Shown here: positions 1-16,500 of the stretch, piece after piece | Layout: every line of letters begins with the position of its first letter | Position numbering within the stretch: the first letter of the stretch is position 1 | Assembly (NCBI GenBank): GCA_024704765.1 | Contig: JAKMXF010000266.1 | Span: 62,001 to 126,000 of the forward strand | DNA length: 64,000 bases | Source of the DNA: Oopsacas minuta | Taxonomy: Eukaryota > Animalia > Porifera | Direction of reading: 5' to 3' | Translations under genes and position numbers: made by a program | The notes under the pieces: generated by a model | What the model was told of the DNA's origin: nothing | Database searches by the model: none | The model's input: only the letters and a program-made list of their open reading frames with translations

Positions 1-484
1 TGATTTACCAGCTGTATATTATACTCATTGCTAGTGTTATAGTAAGATTAGATTCTAATAAATACATACCAATAGTTGACAACTTATCTAGCGTCAGATA
101 TATCGGTAGAGTTGTAGATAATTAGTATATTTAGGTAATCTTACCCCGTGATAAGATATTGATTGCTAATTTCATGATTTGGTAAATATATAAACTCTAC
201 ATCACACTAGGCTAGAATATGCAGCATCTACTTATGTAGCATGCACGTTGCGTATTTAATTCATTAAATTATTCTCTATCAACCAATGTACTAAATTTAT
301 CTAACAAAAATCATAAAAGTTTAATATTTTGTTACTACAAAAGTATCCACGTTGCTATAGACTATCGCATTGACATCTCCTGATTTTATATAATTAGCAC
401 AAGACGTAACCAGATCATCAATACGTTAATCATAGTCTTTGGTATCTATTTAAGACAACTTTAAGAAACTTAACATCAGAAAAG

Positions 485-2770
485 ATGGTCCGCTTTGCAT
501 CTAATATCCTAATCGTATCTCTATTCATCACGGTAATACAGTGTCTTCCTCCAGATAAGGAGCTATTTGATAATGTGGGTCAAATAAACTATAACTCTAT
601 GAGTTATACAAATGTATACAAATGTATGTCTGAACTGCTCAATCGACAGAACTGGTTGAGGCTAATAGCACAACCTGAAGCAATCACTAACGTTTCTAAC
701 AAATGCATTGAGAGCTTTAGAAGATTTAACACTAGCATTTCGGGTCGTCCTGAGGATATAATATATCTACTTGATAGCTTTTCAAAGCCTCAGCCTGGTA
801 TCCTAACAGGAAATATGCAATGGCTTGGTAATTGGGACGAGTGTAACAACCTACACAACACACGTTACATTACTCTATCTATACCATTATCAATATCAGG
901 TCTTGTATCACAAATGGTACAGATTGATATATGTCTGCCAGTAGAATGTGACAATGACACAGATATCAGGGGGCTATTGAGTGTATTAAGTGTTATTGGG
1001 ATAGATGCTGATAAAGTAGGTATATTCTCTCATTTACCTCATGAACTAACAGTTGGTAGATATGCTGTTATAATTCTTCTATGTGTGTTCGGAGTTCTTA
1101 TACTCATAAGCACTGTAGTTGATTTTATAGAGCGAGCAGTGTATGGACTGAATAATCTATTCCGTAAGGAGTATTCCCGTAGATCTGTGTCTCAAATTCC
1201 TTCCTATAATTACCATACAGGGAATACTGATGATGATGATCTCAGACTCAAAGGCAGCACATTAAACAGGGTTGAATCTGACCTGACTGACAATAACGAG
1301 GCTAATGAGTACTCTAAACTGTTACGTAGTGAGACATACAGTAGGAGTATAAGCAAGCAAGCTGCTACCATTATCCACAGATTAATAGTCCCATTCTCTT
1401 TGTACACTAATGTTAAGAAAGTATTTGATACAAATCAACCGCCTAATGCTATACGCTGCTTGAATGGTATTCGGACTATCTCTATGTTCTGGGTGATATT
1501 AGGTCATGTATATCTCTTCACCCTATCATCAGAGACTAACACCATGGACATTATTACAGACATCGCTTTAAGATTTAGCTTCCAGCCTGTTTTAAATGGA
1601 TATTTCTCTGTAGATACATTCTTTGTGTTGTCAGGACTTCTAGTAATGTATCTTTCACTTAGAGAGCTAAACAGATCAAGCAAGAAAATCCGCAGTTATA
1701 TCATCTTCTTGGTGAAGTTCTATATACATCGAATACTCCGTATAACTCCTACTTTATTCGTAGTGTTAGTTGCCTTCTGGCAACTAACCCCTATCATTAC
1801 TGATGGACCTTTATGGAGACCAGGGATTGATACTACAGTTGGAAACTGCGATGGGTTCAATTGGATAACTCCCCTCTTGTATTTGAACAACCTCTACCCT
1901 AGTTTCAAAAATGGATGTATGGCATGGACTTGGTATCTTGCCAATGATATGCAGTTCTTCTTTATCTCCCCTATTTTCATCTTCCCTGCATTTCTCCTTC
2001 CTTTTCCCTTCCCGCTTATCCCATTAGCAGTTGCTATATTCATTTTCTTGATCCCATCATTCGTTATCCCAGGAGTATTCTCTCTACATTCTAACTTCTA
2101 TTTCCCATTGAATCATCTGACAGATGGCTTGTTTCCAATTGCATCTAACATGACTCATGGTGACATCACTGAGTACTTTTACATTAAGCCCTACTGTCGG
2201 ATTAACCCTTATTTAATGGGCTTAGCCCTTGGCTATATAATTTATAAGGTCAGTGAGTGGAAGAGAGAGAGTGGGGATAAGAAATCGCTCCAATTGAGAA
2301 TGGCTCTTATAAACACCATCTTCTGGCCTGTATCCTTTGCCATATGCTTTGGTCTAGTATACGGACTATACGGCTCCTTCCATGGACACCTGATGAGTGA
2401 TTTTGAGAACATCCTCTACATCGGTTTGAGTCGTACTCTTTGGGGATTAGGCCTTTCAATGTTTATATTTATTTGCTATTCAGGCATGGCTGGCCCTATT
2501 GATACCTTCTTATCCTGGGGCTTATTTGTCCCGTTAAGCAGACTAACATTTTCAGCTTATCTTATCCATCCAGTTGTTCTACTAGTGTTTTCACTGAGTC
2601 TACGAGATAAGCTATACTACTACGATATTACCTTCTCGTTTATAGTAGTGGGACTTATTACTATGTCTTATGCAGCTGCGGCTATTATAGCTATTTGTAT
2701 TGAATTTCCTTTATCTAACGTAGAAGATTTGATTCTGAAACGGAAGAAGAGTGGCAGACAGACTGTATAG
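485..2770 (+). CDS. NRF-6/OACYL-family O-acyltransferase (NRF domain + acyltransferase_3), intronless, nested in a TAOK intron
   Basis: 761-aa ORF with signal peptide, NRF motif DSFSKPQPGILTGNMQWLGNWDEC and acyltransferase_3 motifs CLNGIRTISMFWVILGH, SVDTFFVLSGLL, HRILRITP, WTWYLANDMQ, LSRLTFSAYLIHP. Confidence 0.92.
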   Translation: MVRFASNILIVSLFITVIQCLPPDKELFDNVGQINYNSMSYTNVYKCMSELLNRQNWLRLIAQPEAITNVSNKCIESFRRFNTSISGRPEDIIYLLDSFSKPQPGILTGNMQWLGNWDECNNLHNTRYITLSIPLSISGLVSQMVQIDICLPVECDNDTDIRGLLSVLSVIGIDADKVGIFSHLPHELTVGRYAVIILLCVFGVLILISTVVDFIERAVYGLNNLFRKEYSRRSVSQIPSYNYHTGNTDDDDLRLKGSTLNRVESDLTDNNEANEYSKLLRSETYSRSISKQAATIIHRLIVPFSLYTNVKKVFDTNQPPNAIRCLNGIRTISMFWVILGHVYLFTLSSETNTMDIITDIALRFSFQPVLNGYFSVDTFFVLSGLLVMYLSLRELNRSSKKIRSYIIFLVKFYIHRILRITPTLFVVLVAFWQLTPIITDGPLWRPGIDTTVGNCDGFNWITPLLYLNNLYPSFKNGCMAWTWYLANDMQFFFISPIFIFPAFLLPFPFPLIPLAVAIFIFLIPSFVIPGVFSLHSNFYFPLNHLTDGLFPIASNMTHGDITEYFYIKPYCRINPYLMGLALGYIIYKVSEWKRESGDKKSLQLRMALINTIFWPVSFAICFGLVYGLYGSFHGHLMSDFENILYIGLSRTLWGLGLSMFIFICYSGMAGPIDTFLSWGLFVPLSRLTFSAYLIHPVVLLVFSLSLRDKLYYYDITFSFIVVGLITMSYAAAAIIAICIEFPLSNVEDLILKRKKSGRQTV

Positions 2771-2964
2771 AGTGTTTGTATTACTTTTAGTTATATAATA
2801 CTGTTTAAGATATGTTTACTTGTACACAGTAATTCTTTTATATTGTACGTCATGTGTTTTGATAAATACTCCCTTGACCTTATCTTATACTATCTGTTAT
2901 ATGAGCTGTAAGGGATTGAACTATTCCACTCTCTGGATTATGATGTAATTATATGCATCTATAG

Positions 2965-7254
<4,290 letters not shown>

Positions 7255-7571
7255 TTATGAGCTCTATGTCCAGTTATTTACCTATACAGTGCAGATCTTA
7301 GTGCATTTCGCCCACACCTCCATATTAATATCTACCCTCCCGTTTAATTACTGATTGTAAGTATTATATAACTTGTACGTTGTAATAATATTTCTATGCA
7401 CTACTGCTTCTCCAGAATTTTCTTCTTACTCTTGATGCATAGAGTTTTTATTTTGTATCCTTCTTGTCTTCTAACCGTTTTTATACACAATACGTAATAA
7501 TAATATTGTAAGCAATTACAAATGATTATGAGTAACAATATAATATTTAATTCTCTTATTCTGATGTATTT

Positions 7572-7729
7572 AGCCGGGTACTGCATACACGCGGCTTCTA
7601 CACTCTTTTAGGAACTACAGTGTAACCGTAACCTCCACAAACGGAAACGGAGTACCAGGGACACCGAGTAATGCTACTCCGTTTCCCTGCCTCGTTTGTA
7701 AGTGAGTTATAGCGGTTACAAATCTATAG
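7572..7729. other. Unidentified structured element: short hairpin (7572-7596) plus 115-nt long hairpin (7615-7729); candidate ncRNA or UTR element
   Basis: AGCCG/CGGCT; CTACAG/CTATAG; TGTAACCG/CGGTTACA; ACAAACG/CGTTTGT; perfect 12-bp GGAAACGGAGTA(7643-54)/TACTCCGTTTCC(7675-86). GC-richer than its flanks. Confidence 0.45.
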
Positions 7730-8479
7730 GAGCTCTCTTCGTGCGAGTCACCTGATTTCCAATTGATTAATTCATGGAAACTTACAGAACTGAGCTTCTA
7801 TTATATGTAATTTACCATTGAATTATCTCCAATTAATCAGAATAATGACAATCAGCAATATTCTGTTTAAGATATGGTCAGCCATATGAATAACTTTGAA
7901 TGATTCTATCTGAGAGGATTTAAGAGATTTGATCATAAGTCCATAATCACGGAATTTCTATCCATCTTTATTCAGCTGATCGATTATACACGTGGCTGAT
8001 TTTACTGAGATCTATCCTAGTTTGACAGCTCATGAGTTTTAGTAACTTAATTTTATTAGACTTAATCTCATTTGTCTTTATTGAACTTTAACTGAATTGT
8101 AAGATTTCTTTCAAGGAAATTATATTTGTTAATAGACAGAGAATAGTAATCAGAAATTCGCAGATTTCGCTAGATTAATATTGTAAAATTTCCGTTTTTG
8201 GGAAAAGATATGCTTCTTGCATTTGTTATAATTTCCAGATAAACTGTCTCCTAATAGTACTGATCGTGCATTTTTAGAGTTTCATCATCACCTAGCACGT
8301 TATTATATTCCGCTACTCACCCTGATATCACTACAAACCTACTATATAAGAATACTCACCGACAGCACATCCATGGCTAAGATCTCATTGTCCTAAGCAG
8401 ATTATCATATACTTATACAGTCTCCCCAATAAGCATTCATAAGACTAATTTATTGGCTACTTGAATTTTAATTCTACAA

Positions 8480-10547
8480 ATGTTTCCTGGTTGGCGACGT
8501 ACAAAGTCAGCCTCATTGATTTCTCATCCTGGAAGTGACAGGAGAATGGATTCGGTTATTTCTCAGCTTACCTCTAAGCCTGTTCCTCTTATTCTAGAGT
8601 CTCCTATTTCTAGGCCTGATACTCCTACCAATTCTCCTACTAAACCTGCTAATAGAGGTAACGATAAACCGATTTGTTACAGTATTTCAATTGGAAGAGA
8701 TTTCTAATTTTGATACAATTTGCTATTTTTACATTTCTGGTTTCAACCCCCATCTACTCTCTCTCTCTCTCTCTCTAGCTAACAGTATATCTCCTATAAG
8801 GAATAAGCCATCAAGTCCCTACCTTTCCTCTAGAGATAAAATGAATAGGAAGCGTAGAAGTCAGACAGGTATATGCATATTTATGATATTTATTTGTAAC
8901 ATATTTTACAGAAATCTTGTGTGCAGGTCCTCCATCAATTTCCCCAACTCGTGTTACTGGAGAGCCTCCTTCCCGTACACAATCTGACCTCCCTCACTTA
9001 GCACAGGCTCTGAACCCTCCACAGCATCACAACCCTGCTACACAGCTACAGAGCATTTCTTCTTCCTCTGGTATTCTCTCTAGCGGGTAAGTTCATAATT
9101 TTCGCTTGGAAATATTGCATCCTAATAGCACATAATCTTGCGTTATGTAACAGATTTCGAGTACAACATTTCCTGTTCTATCCAACAATTTCATATCATT
9201 ACATCTTTTCAATACATTCCTTCATTCAAGAAATGTGCTGCATAATTGTTTACTGATAAATTATAGTGTTTTGACTGTTCGTACATTCCTGGCTAGTGTA
9301 TGCAAATTTCGGAATTTGTTCTTATTTTGGCTAACCCATATTGTATTGTTAACGTGTCAGTTGGCGAAATACCTAGTCATAAATCTCTTTATTTTGGAAT
9401 ATTACACTGTCTCAACTCTTTGTTAAATGCTTGCAGAAAGCTAGATGATATTTTGTTTGATTTTCAAACTGCGATTGACTCCTCATTTATTCAAAAGCAC
9501 CACTATCACTATTCCTCTCCTCCACTTGAAACAATCTGGTGTGTAGATAATTTGTATAATATTCTTATCTAAATACATACTTCACATTCTACCACCTAAT
9601 TACCTACAATATTATACCAACATCTGCAATAATTCTGCATTATAGTAATTATTTCAATCAAAACATGGGAGGACTTATACTTCATTCCATAGCATTATAT
9701 TTCATCTATAGCATATTTGTAATATTGTTAGTAATGTTATATCATATATCAAGAGCACCTGTAAAAGCTGTAAGTATATATTATAGCAGGTATATAACAT
9801 TTGTATTACGCTAATTCTAAAACCTTCTGACATGAATTTAATCATTCGTTTAGTGTTAATTTTGCTAGAATATTCATTACCAAATTATCACGTAATGCTG
9901 TATATTCCCTCAACTTGTGTAAACACACTCAAGTTGGTATACATCAGGATGTTATTATGTTAATATAACCCTATAATATTGTCAACACGAAACCAGAAAT
10001 ATGACAGCATCAGGCTGAAGATCGATTTTACTCCTGACTAAACTGGCATATTAGCTTCTTGAAACCGACAAATATCAATTTATACATTTGTCAGGTTATA
10101 AGGCTATAATCATATGGTTAATTATAATGCTAAGTATAGCGGATAAGTTATGCGTAACGAATTTTTGTAATCAGCGTACTATTCTCTACTTGAATAGAAC
10201 TGTAAATTATTCCCTCCTTGCCTATTTGTTGTAGATCAATATTCAGTGCGTATGCAGATTCTACCAGCAGTGTAGCTACTAGCGGGAGTGAGCAAGTACA
10301 GCCTACATACTCAGATTTAGATCAAGCTATAATTAGTCATGTAGCGAAATCCCCACAGAATAGACCTACAAATCTAACTATCCCTCATAATAGGAGAGTT
10401 ATAACCTCTAAAACTCCTTCTCCTCACAAACCAATGCATCCTGATATGACAATAAAATCTCCTCACAAACTACACTTGTTCTGGGGACCACAACAGATAG
10501 GATCCGTAAGTCCATGGTATTTCATTTATGATAATTGTGGTTTGCTT

Positions 10548-10597
<50 letters not shown>

Positions 10598-13500
10598 ATG
10601 ACTAAACAGCTATTTATAGATATCCTGTATGGCTAGACAACACACCAGTCTAATTGTTTATGTGATAAATACTGAAGAATTATAATTTATAACAGTATAT
10701 ACTAGATGTCATACGATGAGAAGTTTACACGGCCTTTTACAGAAACTTCTGATGGTTTTGCTGACCCTTCTCTCGTAACAGTCCCTTCTCATGTTATACC
10801 GACATCTCTAGCAGATAAGCAGACGTGTATAACTCCACAAGATGATTGTAGTATTCAATTGAAACAGACTCCTTCTGTTGATTCTCTAGCTTCATCAACA
10901 GTACATGTTATCACCTCTATCAGAGAAGAAATACAGGTTTGTATATAGAATAATATACTTAGCATACTTCTATATTATTCTTGTAATTTAGGATTTGATT
11001 GGTAACAGCTCTGCTACCAGTATGGCTAATAAGAGTGATAGCTCTCCAGATATTTCTTGGGTACAAAAACACTCATCTAAAGAGTCTATTAATGTCACCA
11101 AACAATCTTGGGGTATATATTTATATGTCAATTTTGTATTACAAATTATTACCTTATATTTCCTATCGGATCAGGTCCAGTATCTCGTATGCTAGACTTC
11201 TGCTACACATGCCTAGAAGATGATGTAGTAGGTCCTAGTAGTAGTCCTGCTTCTCCTATTCCACCTCAAGCTAATAATCCTGATAAATCACATCATCCTC
11301 TCAGGAGATCTAGAGCACTATCTACACCGGATGAGCGTACAGTTACCTTTCAGAGATCAAATCCTCTCCCTTCTCTTATCCCTGGTACTTTTATATCATT
11401 CACATATAAAACAGTTCACTCTTTTATATTCCTTTTGTATTACAGAGAATTCAAATAGAGATATATTCCTTCTTACCTCTAACATAATTCCTGTCCCTAA
11501 CGCATCAGCTCCTAGCCCCCTGATACCACCAGCTCACAAGTTCTCTCTTCAACGATTGCATTCCCTCCCCAGCAAGAGTATACACTCTTCTACTGCAGGT
11601 AGCTCCAGTACCAATACCTTTACTGATCACTCTGATAACACTCCTAATAAACGGGCGAGCGAGTACGCAGAGACTAACAAGACTCCCGGTTTAACCATAG
11701 AGTTACGTGACAGAAATAAGAGCTCAGGTTTGTTCATACATTAAACTGTTGTCTCGATAAGTGAAGAAATATGATATTCACCTAAATAGATTGTCTAGTT
11801 ATGACTTCAAATAAGGTTTTTGTAATATAAGAACCATTATTTGTAGATATTTTTGCTTCGCTAGACATAATTTTACAATAAATGCTTGTTGACATATCTG
11901 TTTAAATAATATCGACTTGCTCATAACAAATTGGATGATGTATTGTGTAGATACGGGTAGGAGAGTTTTTAGAAGAAAGTCGAGTTCATTTTCATCTATT
12001 ACAAGTGAGGTACAAATGCTAGAAGAGGGTCAGAATACCGAAACTATTTTCTGTCCCAGAATTACTGCCAGGAGGAAGAGAAGCCTAGAACGATTGGAAA
12101 GTGTAGAAATACCTATGAGAGAGAATATAGCATTCAAAGCTGTGAGTATTTACCTAAATGTTATAAGATGGATAACTCTTATTGATATTTATTTCTCTGT
12201 TTATTTAGGAATTGAGAAAGTATGTTATTATGAATTTATTTGACACAGAGATCTCATATGTCAGATCTCTTGAATCTATCATAAAGGCAAGTAATACATT
12301 TATTACAGTAATATTAAATACAATATATTCTACCATTTAATCTCTCCCAAAGAATTAATTGGGAAATATTCTCTGTAATGTCTAATGCACTCATCTAACT
12401 TGTTCATCCAGGTACATAGTCGTAAGAACATTTCATAATTAATCCTTATTCCTAGGTTATATCTCTCATCTCCTATATTGTGTTTAAGATAGTATTTTCC
12501 ATAGTCTCCTAATAGAATCCCTGATACAGTTTGTGTATTATGTCCATTTCTCTTAACTATTGTAAGCTGTGGATTGCCTTTATCATCATTGTTACTATCA
12601 CAATCTAGAAATGTTGTAGAGAATGTTTCATGTCTACTACTACAAATGGACTCGTTAATACTACTTACATCGTTATCTATGAAGTTATATCCTAACTGTT
12701 TGATGGTTAATCCGCATTGAGAATTGTTCTGAGTTGGCGTGTTCATGTGTATAGGTATATATGTTTGCTGTGATTTATCCAGCTTAATCAGGGCATAGTT
12801 GTACTTGAATCTCTCCGATTCCTCCTTCATTTCTATCCATTCTATTGGGAATAATACCTTGTTAATCTCTACTTCTTTCTGTTTTGCTACCCCATCCGTT
12901 ACCCACATTACATACACCCGTGGATTCTTATAATAACTAAAATATATACATTGTGCGCTTGTTAACACATATTTGTATCCAATTGCTACTCCATTACAGC
13001 GATGTGATATACTGACTACTGCATTGTTTGGGTAAACTGTATTATCTACTAAGAAGAGAGGATTTCTACGAAATACTGATCTCTCTGTTCTAAGTTCACA
13101 ATCAACTTCATTTAACGTAGTATAGTTCATATTAGGATCAAGATTCTCATTACAGGTCTCTAACTTTATTAATGTTATAGTTGAGCTATGTAACTCTGGA
13201 TTATTGTGTGATCCCGTTACTTCATAGTAAGATGTGTTAAGCTGGTGTGTTGTCTCAGTTTTGTTTGTGTTTTGTGGTAGAAGTTTTGTATACAAATATA
13301 TTCTATCACTACATAGAGTTATGTTTATACAGAATAACAATAAAATACACAAAATGAACATTCTTGAATGCAAAATTGAACTAAACTTATCTTCAATATA
13401 ACAGTCTTTAAACTGTTCTACCTATTGAACTGGTTATTAATCCTTATAAATTGTCTAACCATACTAAACCCACAAGCATATATACATTACTATTATCGTA

Positions 13501-16500
13501 GAGATAATCAGCAATTAATTTTAATTATAATATTGTGTCCTATCAGGATAATGGAGAACGATTAACACTACAAATCCAGCTACACAACCCTCTGCTTCTC
13601 ACCACACTAGAATCTCTACTCAGCCATCTAGCGCTTTTGTTCAACAAGCATAAATCTTTTCTCATGCGTATTGAAGCAGCTTACAAGAATTACAATCAGA
13701 TGACCACAATTGGTGGTATCATATGGCAACACGTAAGGGCTATTGGAATGTTAATTTATTAAAACTATTCGTTTAATTAATAATCTATAGTTCTCACAAC
13801 CTGTTCTCCTGGAGACTTATCTCAAGTATATTCAATGTTATCAAGCTCTCATTGATACACTACGGATAACCACCAGCAAGACACCTAATAAACAAGTAAA
13901 TAACCTAGTTACTGTAATTGGTAATTGGTAATTGGTAATTGGTATTTAATACTTTTTCCTGTTAGAAAAAGAATCCAAATTCTAAGGATCCCTTCGAGAA
14001 ATTAACTCTAACAGACTTGTTGATACAACCTATACAGAGACCATCAAGATATACTCTTATTATTAAAGTGAGTATTCGTATATTGTTAATTTGAAATGTA
14101 TTACTATATTTGTGTAACTTTAGGATCTACAAAAGCAAAGCATCCCTGGTAGCTCTGAGTTCCAACAGCTAGCTAATGCAATGCAACAAGTAGGAACATT
14201 TACAATGAAGATGAATGCTTTTTTGAAGAAAGATATTCCATGTGGCCCTGAGGTTCTGAAAGAGTTGGAAATGATGATAGATGGACTTGAAAATGTAAGA
14301 TAATTTATTCGGGAGTTTAGAAACCCTGTTATCTTTGCTGAATTTTGCTTGTCACTAACTTTTAGTAGTACTAAAAGACTTCCTAATCAAATTCCTTATG
14401 ACAACTTTGGTAGTCAACATGTGCTAGAAACTTTATAATCGCATTTTATCAAAGTAACTCACTACTTTAAAATATTCTACTTGTTATCTGTAGTTAACGA
14501 AGCCTAACCGTATGCTATTGAGATTAGGAGGAGACTTCGTTACAGAGACGGTGAGTACAATAGTTATTCATGAATCCATTTATTGCAGGATGAGAATTAT
14601 ATAATAGTGGTTTATTTGGTATACTTTCCTAATGTTTCGTTATAAACTAACTTATAATGTTGTCGACCAGCCATTCAAAGATATCGTACAAACCTTGCAC
14701 GAGGTTTCTTTATTCAATGAAGTTTTTTATCAAATAGGCTAGCAAAGCGCTCTCGTTTATATAAAGCAATATTATTCCATGTGTTTATAATTCAATACAA
14801 AAATGGCATCGAGATTCACCCCAATGGAAGATATGATATATGTGAAAAACAGTGTTGAATATGCCGGTTATAACCAGAGTTTGTTGGTGTCATGTCTGAG
14901 TGAAGTTGAAAAGAGTCTTCTTACCTGTGTAACATGTGATGGTATCTTACGGCAGGCGTGTCTAGCTGATACAGGGTATAAATGTGGAGGTTGTGTCGAA
15001 AAAGGTGAAGACGCCAGACCAGCTGAAGCGAATCGTCGTGCTACAAAAATGTTGCAAGTAAACTGCCCGTTTTATGAACAGAAATGTGGTTGGAATGGTA
15101 GTTTAGATGACTTACACGAACATCTGAATTCAGAATGTAGTCATCTTCCTGTAGAATGTCCATATGGTTGTAATCAATGTGTAGCTAGAAGTGAGTATCA
15201 TTTGCACACACAATACGAATGCAATATGCGACCTACTAAATGTACTTACTGCAATCGTGTATTAGCTAGCTCAGTTTTAAATGAGCATTATACAAAGTGT
15301 TTAGAGGTTCCTGTCAGCTGTCCTAATTGTTGTTCTGATGCTGAAATACCACAGAGTCAGCTGATTGGTCATTTAGATAACGAGTGTCCTCTTTCGCATG
15401 TCAGCTGCCCGTATGGAAAGTATGGCTGTGTAGCTGATAAAATGCCACGTAGAGACATACAAGAACATGAGAGATTGTGTGTACATGATCATTTGAGGAT
15501 AATATGCAGGCGATTGGATAAGCTGGATGAGGCAATAAAGACAAATCAGTCCGGAGGTGCTCTATGGAGGGTTGACTCTATCAAGGATAAGTTATTAGCT
15601 GGAGCTACATTCGTAGGACCTCAGTTCTATGTTGGGATGCGCAAATTCCAAACTGTGATTATTACTCAAGGAAAGCAAGCTAATAGGATCAGTTTCTACG
15701 TACGTCTGCTACGTGGAGATCTAGACGAGAGCTTGGCATGGCCTTTCAAAGGAAAGATGACCTTTACTTTATTATCCAAGAAACCGAACGAGAGGAAAAG
15801 CCTCAAATATACGTTTTTGAGTGAAATTAACAATCCTAATGCTTTCACTCATCTAGCAGAGGATAATGCTTGTTGTGTAGGATTCACTATCAACAATGCT
15901 CTCCAACATCTCTCTAGTGAAAAGCTGATACAGGATAACTCTATATTGTTACGCTCATCCGTAGAAGTATATCTGTAATTATCCCACATCACTTTGTGCC
16001 ACAATATCATAAGAATATCATAAGATATATTAGGATACTCACTACATGCTAATTATTCTGAGCATAGCTATGTATTATTGTCTCTTTGTTACAGTTATTA
16101 GTATAGGAATATAATGTACACATTATCTGTGAATTAAACACAAAATCGAATGAATTAATTGCAATATTAGAGCTCCCCTGTCTCTTGAGCTTTGTAGAAT
16201 TGTATTTCCTTTTCGAGAGAGCTTTTCTCTTCCAAAAGTTTGGATCTTCTCTTCTCTAACTCTCTTACTTCTGTTTCAATTCGTGTCTCTATTTCTCTTT
16301 GAATAAATCTACTTTTCTTCATGTAAGCTTTACATTTAACATTCCTTCTTAGTTGTCGAATATATTCAATTTCTTTCTGTGAATAGAAACCTAAACTTAA
16401 TATATAGTTAAGATGCTTGATTGGTAATTCTTCAATCTCTTTCTTGCCTAAACACAATGTATTCTGTAGTGGATTCAATTTTTGGGATATCTCACCATAT

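Noticed and set aside
7572-7729. Identifying the hairpin as SRP RNA, U2, U7, telomerase RNA, H/ACA snoRNA or pre-miRNA
   Set aside because: GGAAACGGAGTA recalls SRP helix 8 but lacks the 5' CAGG partner and is sequestered in another stem. The ATGCAGTA loop recalls U2 stem-loop IV but there is no Sm site or 5' domain. No TTAGGG template lies upstream. Hairpin sizes do not fit H/ACA. Large bulges fall inside any 22-nt duplex.
9331-9337. CTAACCC as a telomerase RNA template
   Set aside because: Only 7 nt, it does not continue into a second partial repeat, and no pseudoknot is evident.
10506-10601. Poly-Asn tail in ORF 10218-10601
   Set aside because: It lies after a consensus GTAAGT donor at 10506, so it is an intronic microsatellite and not protein.
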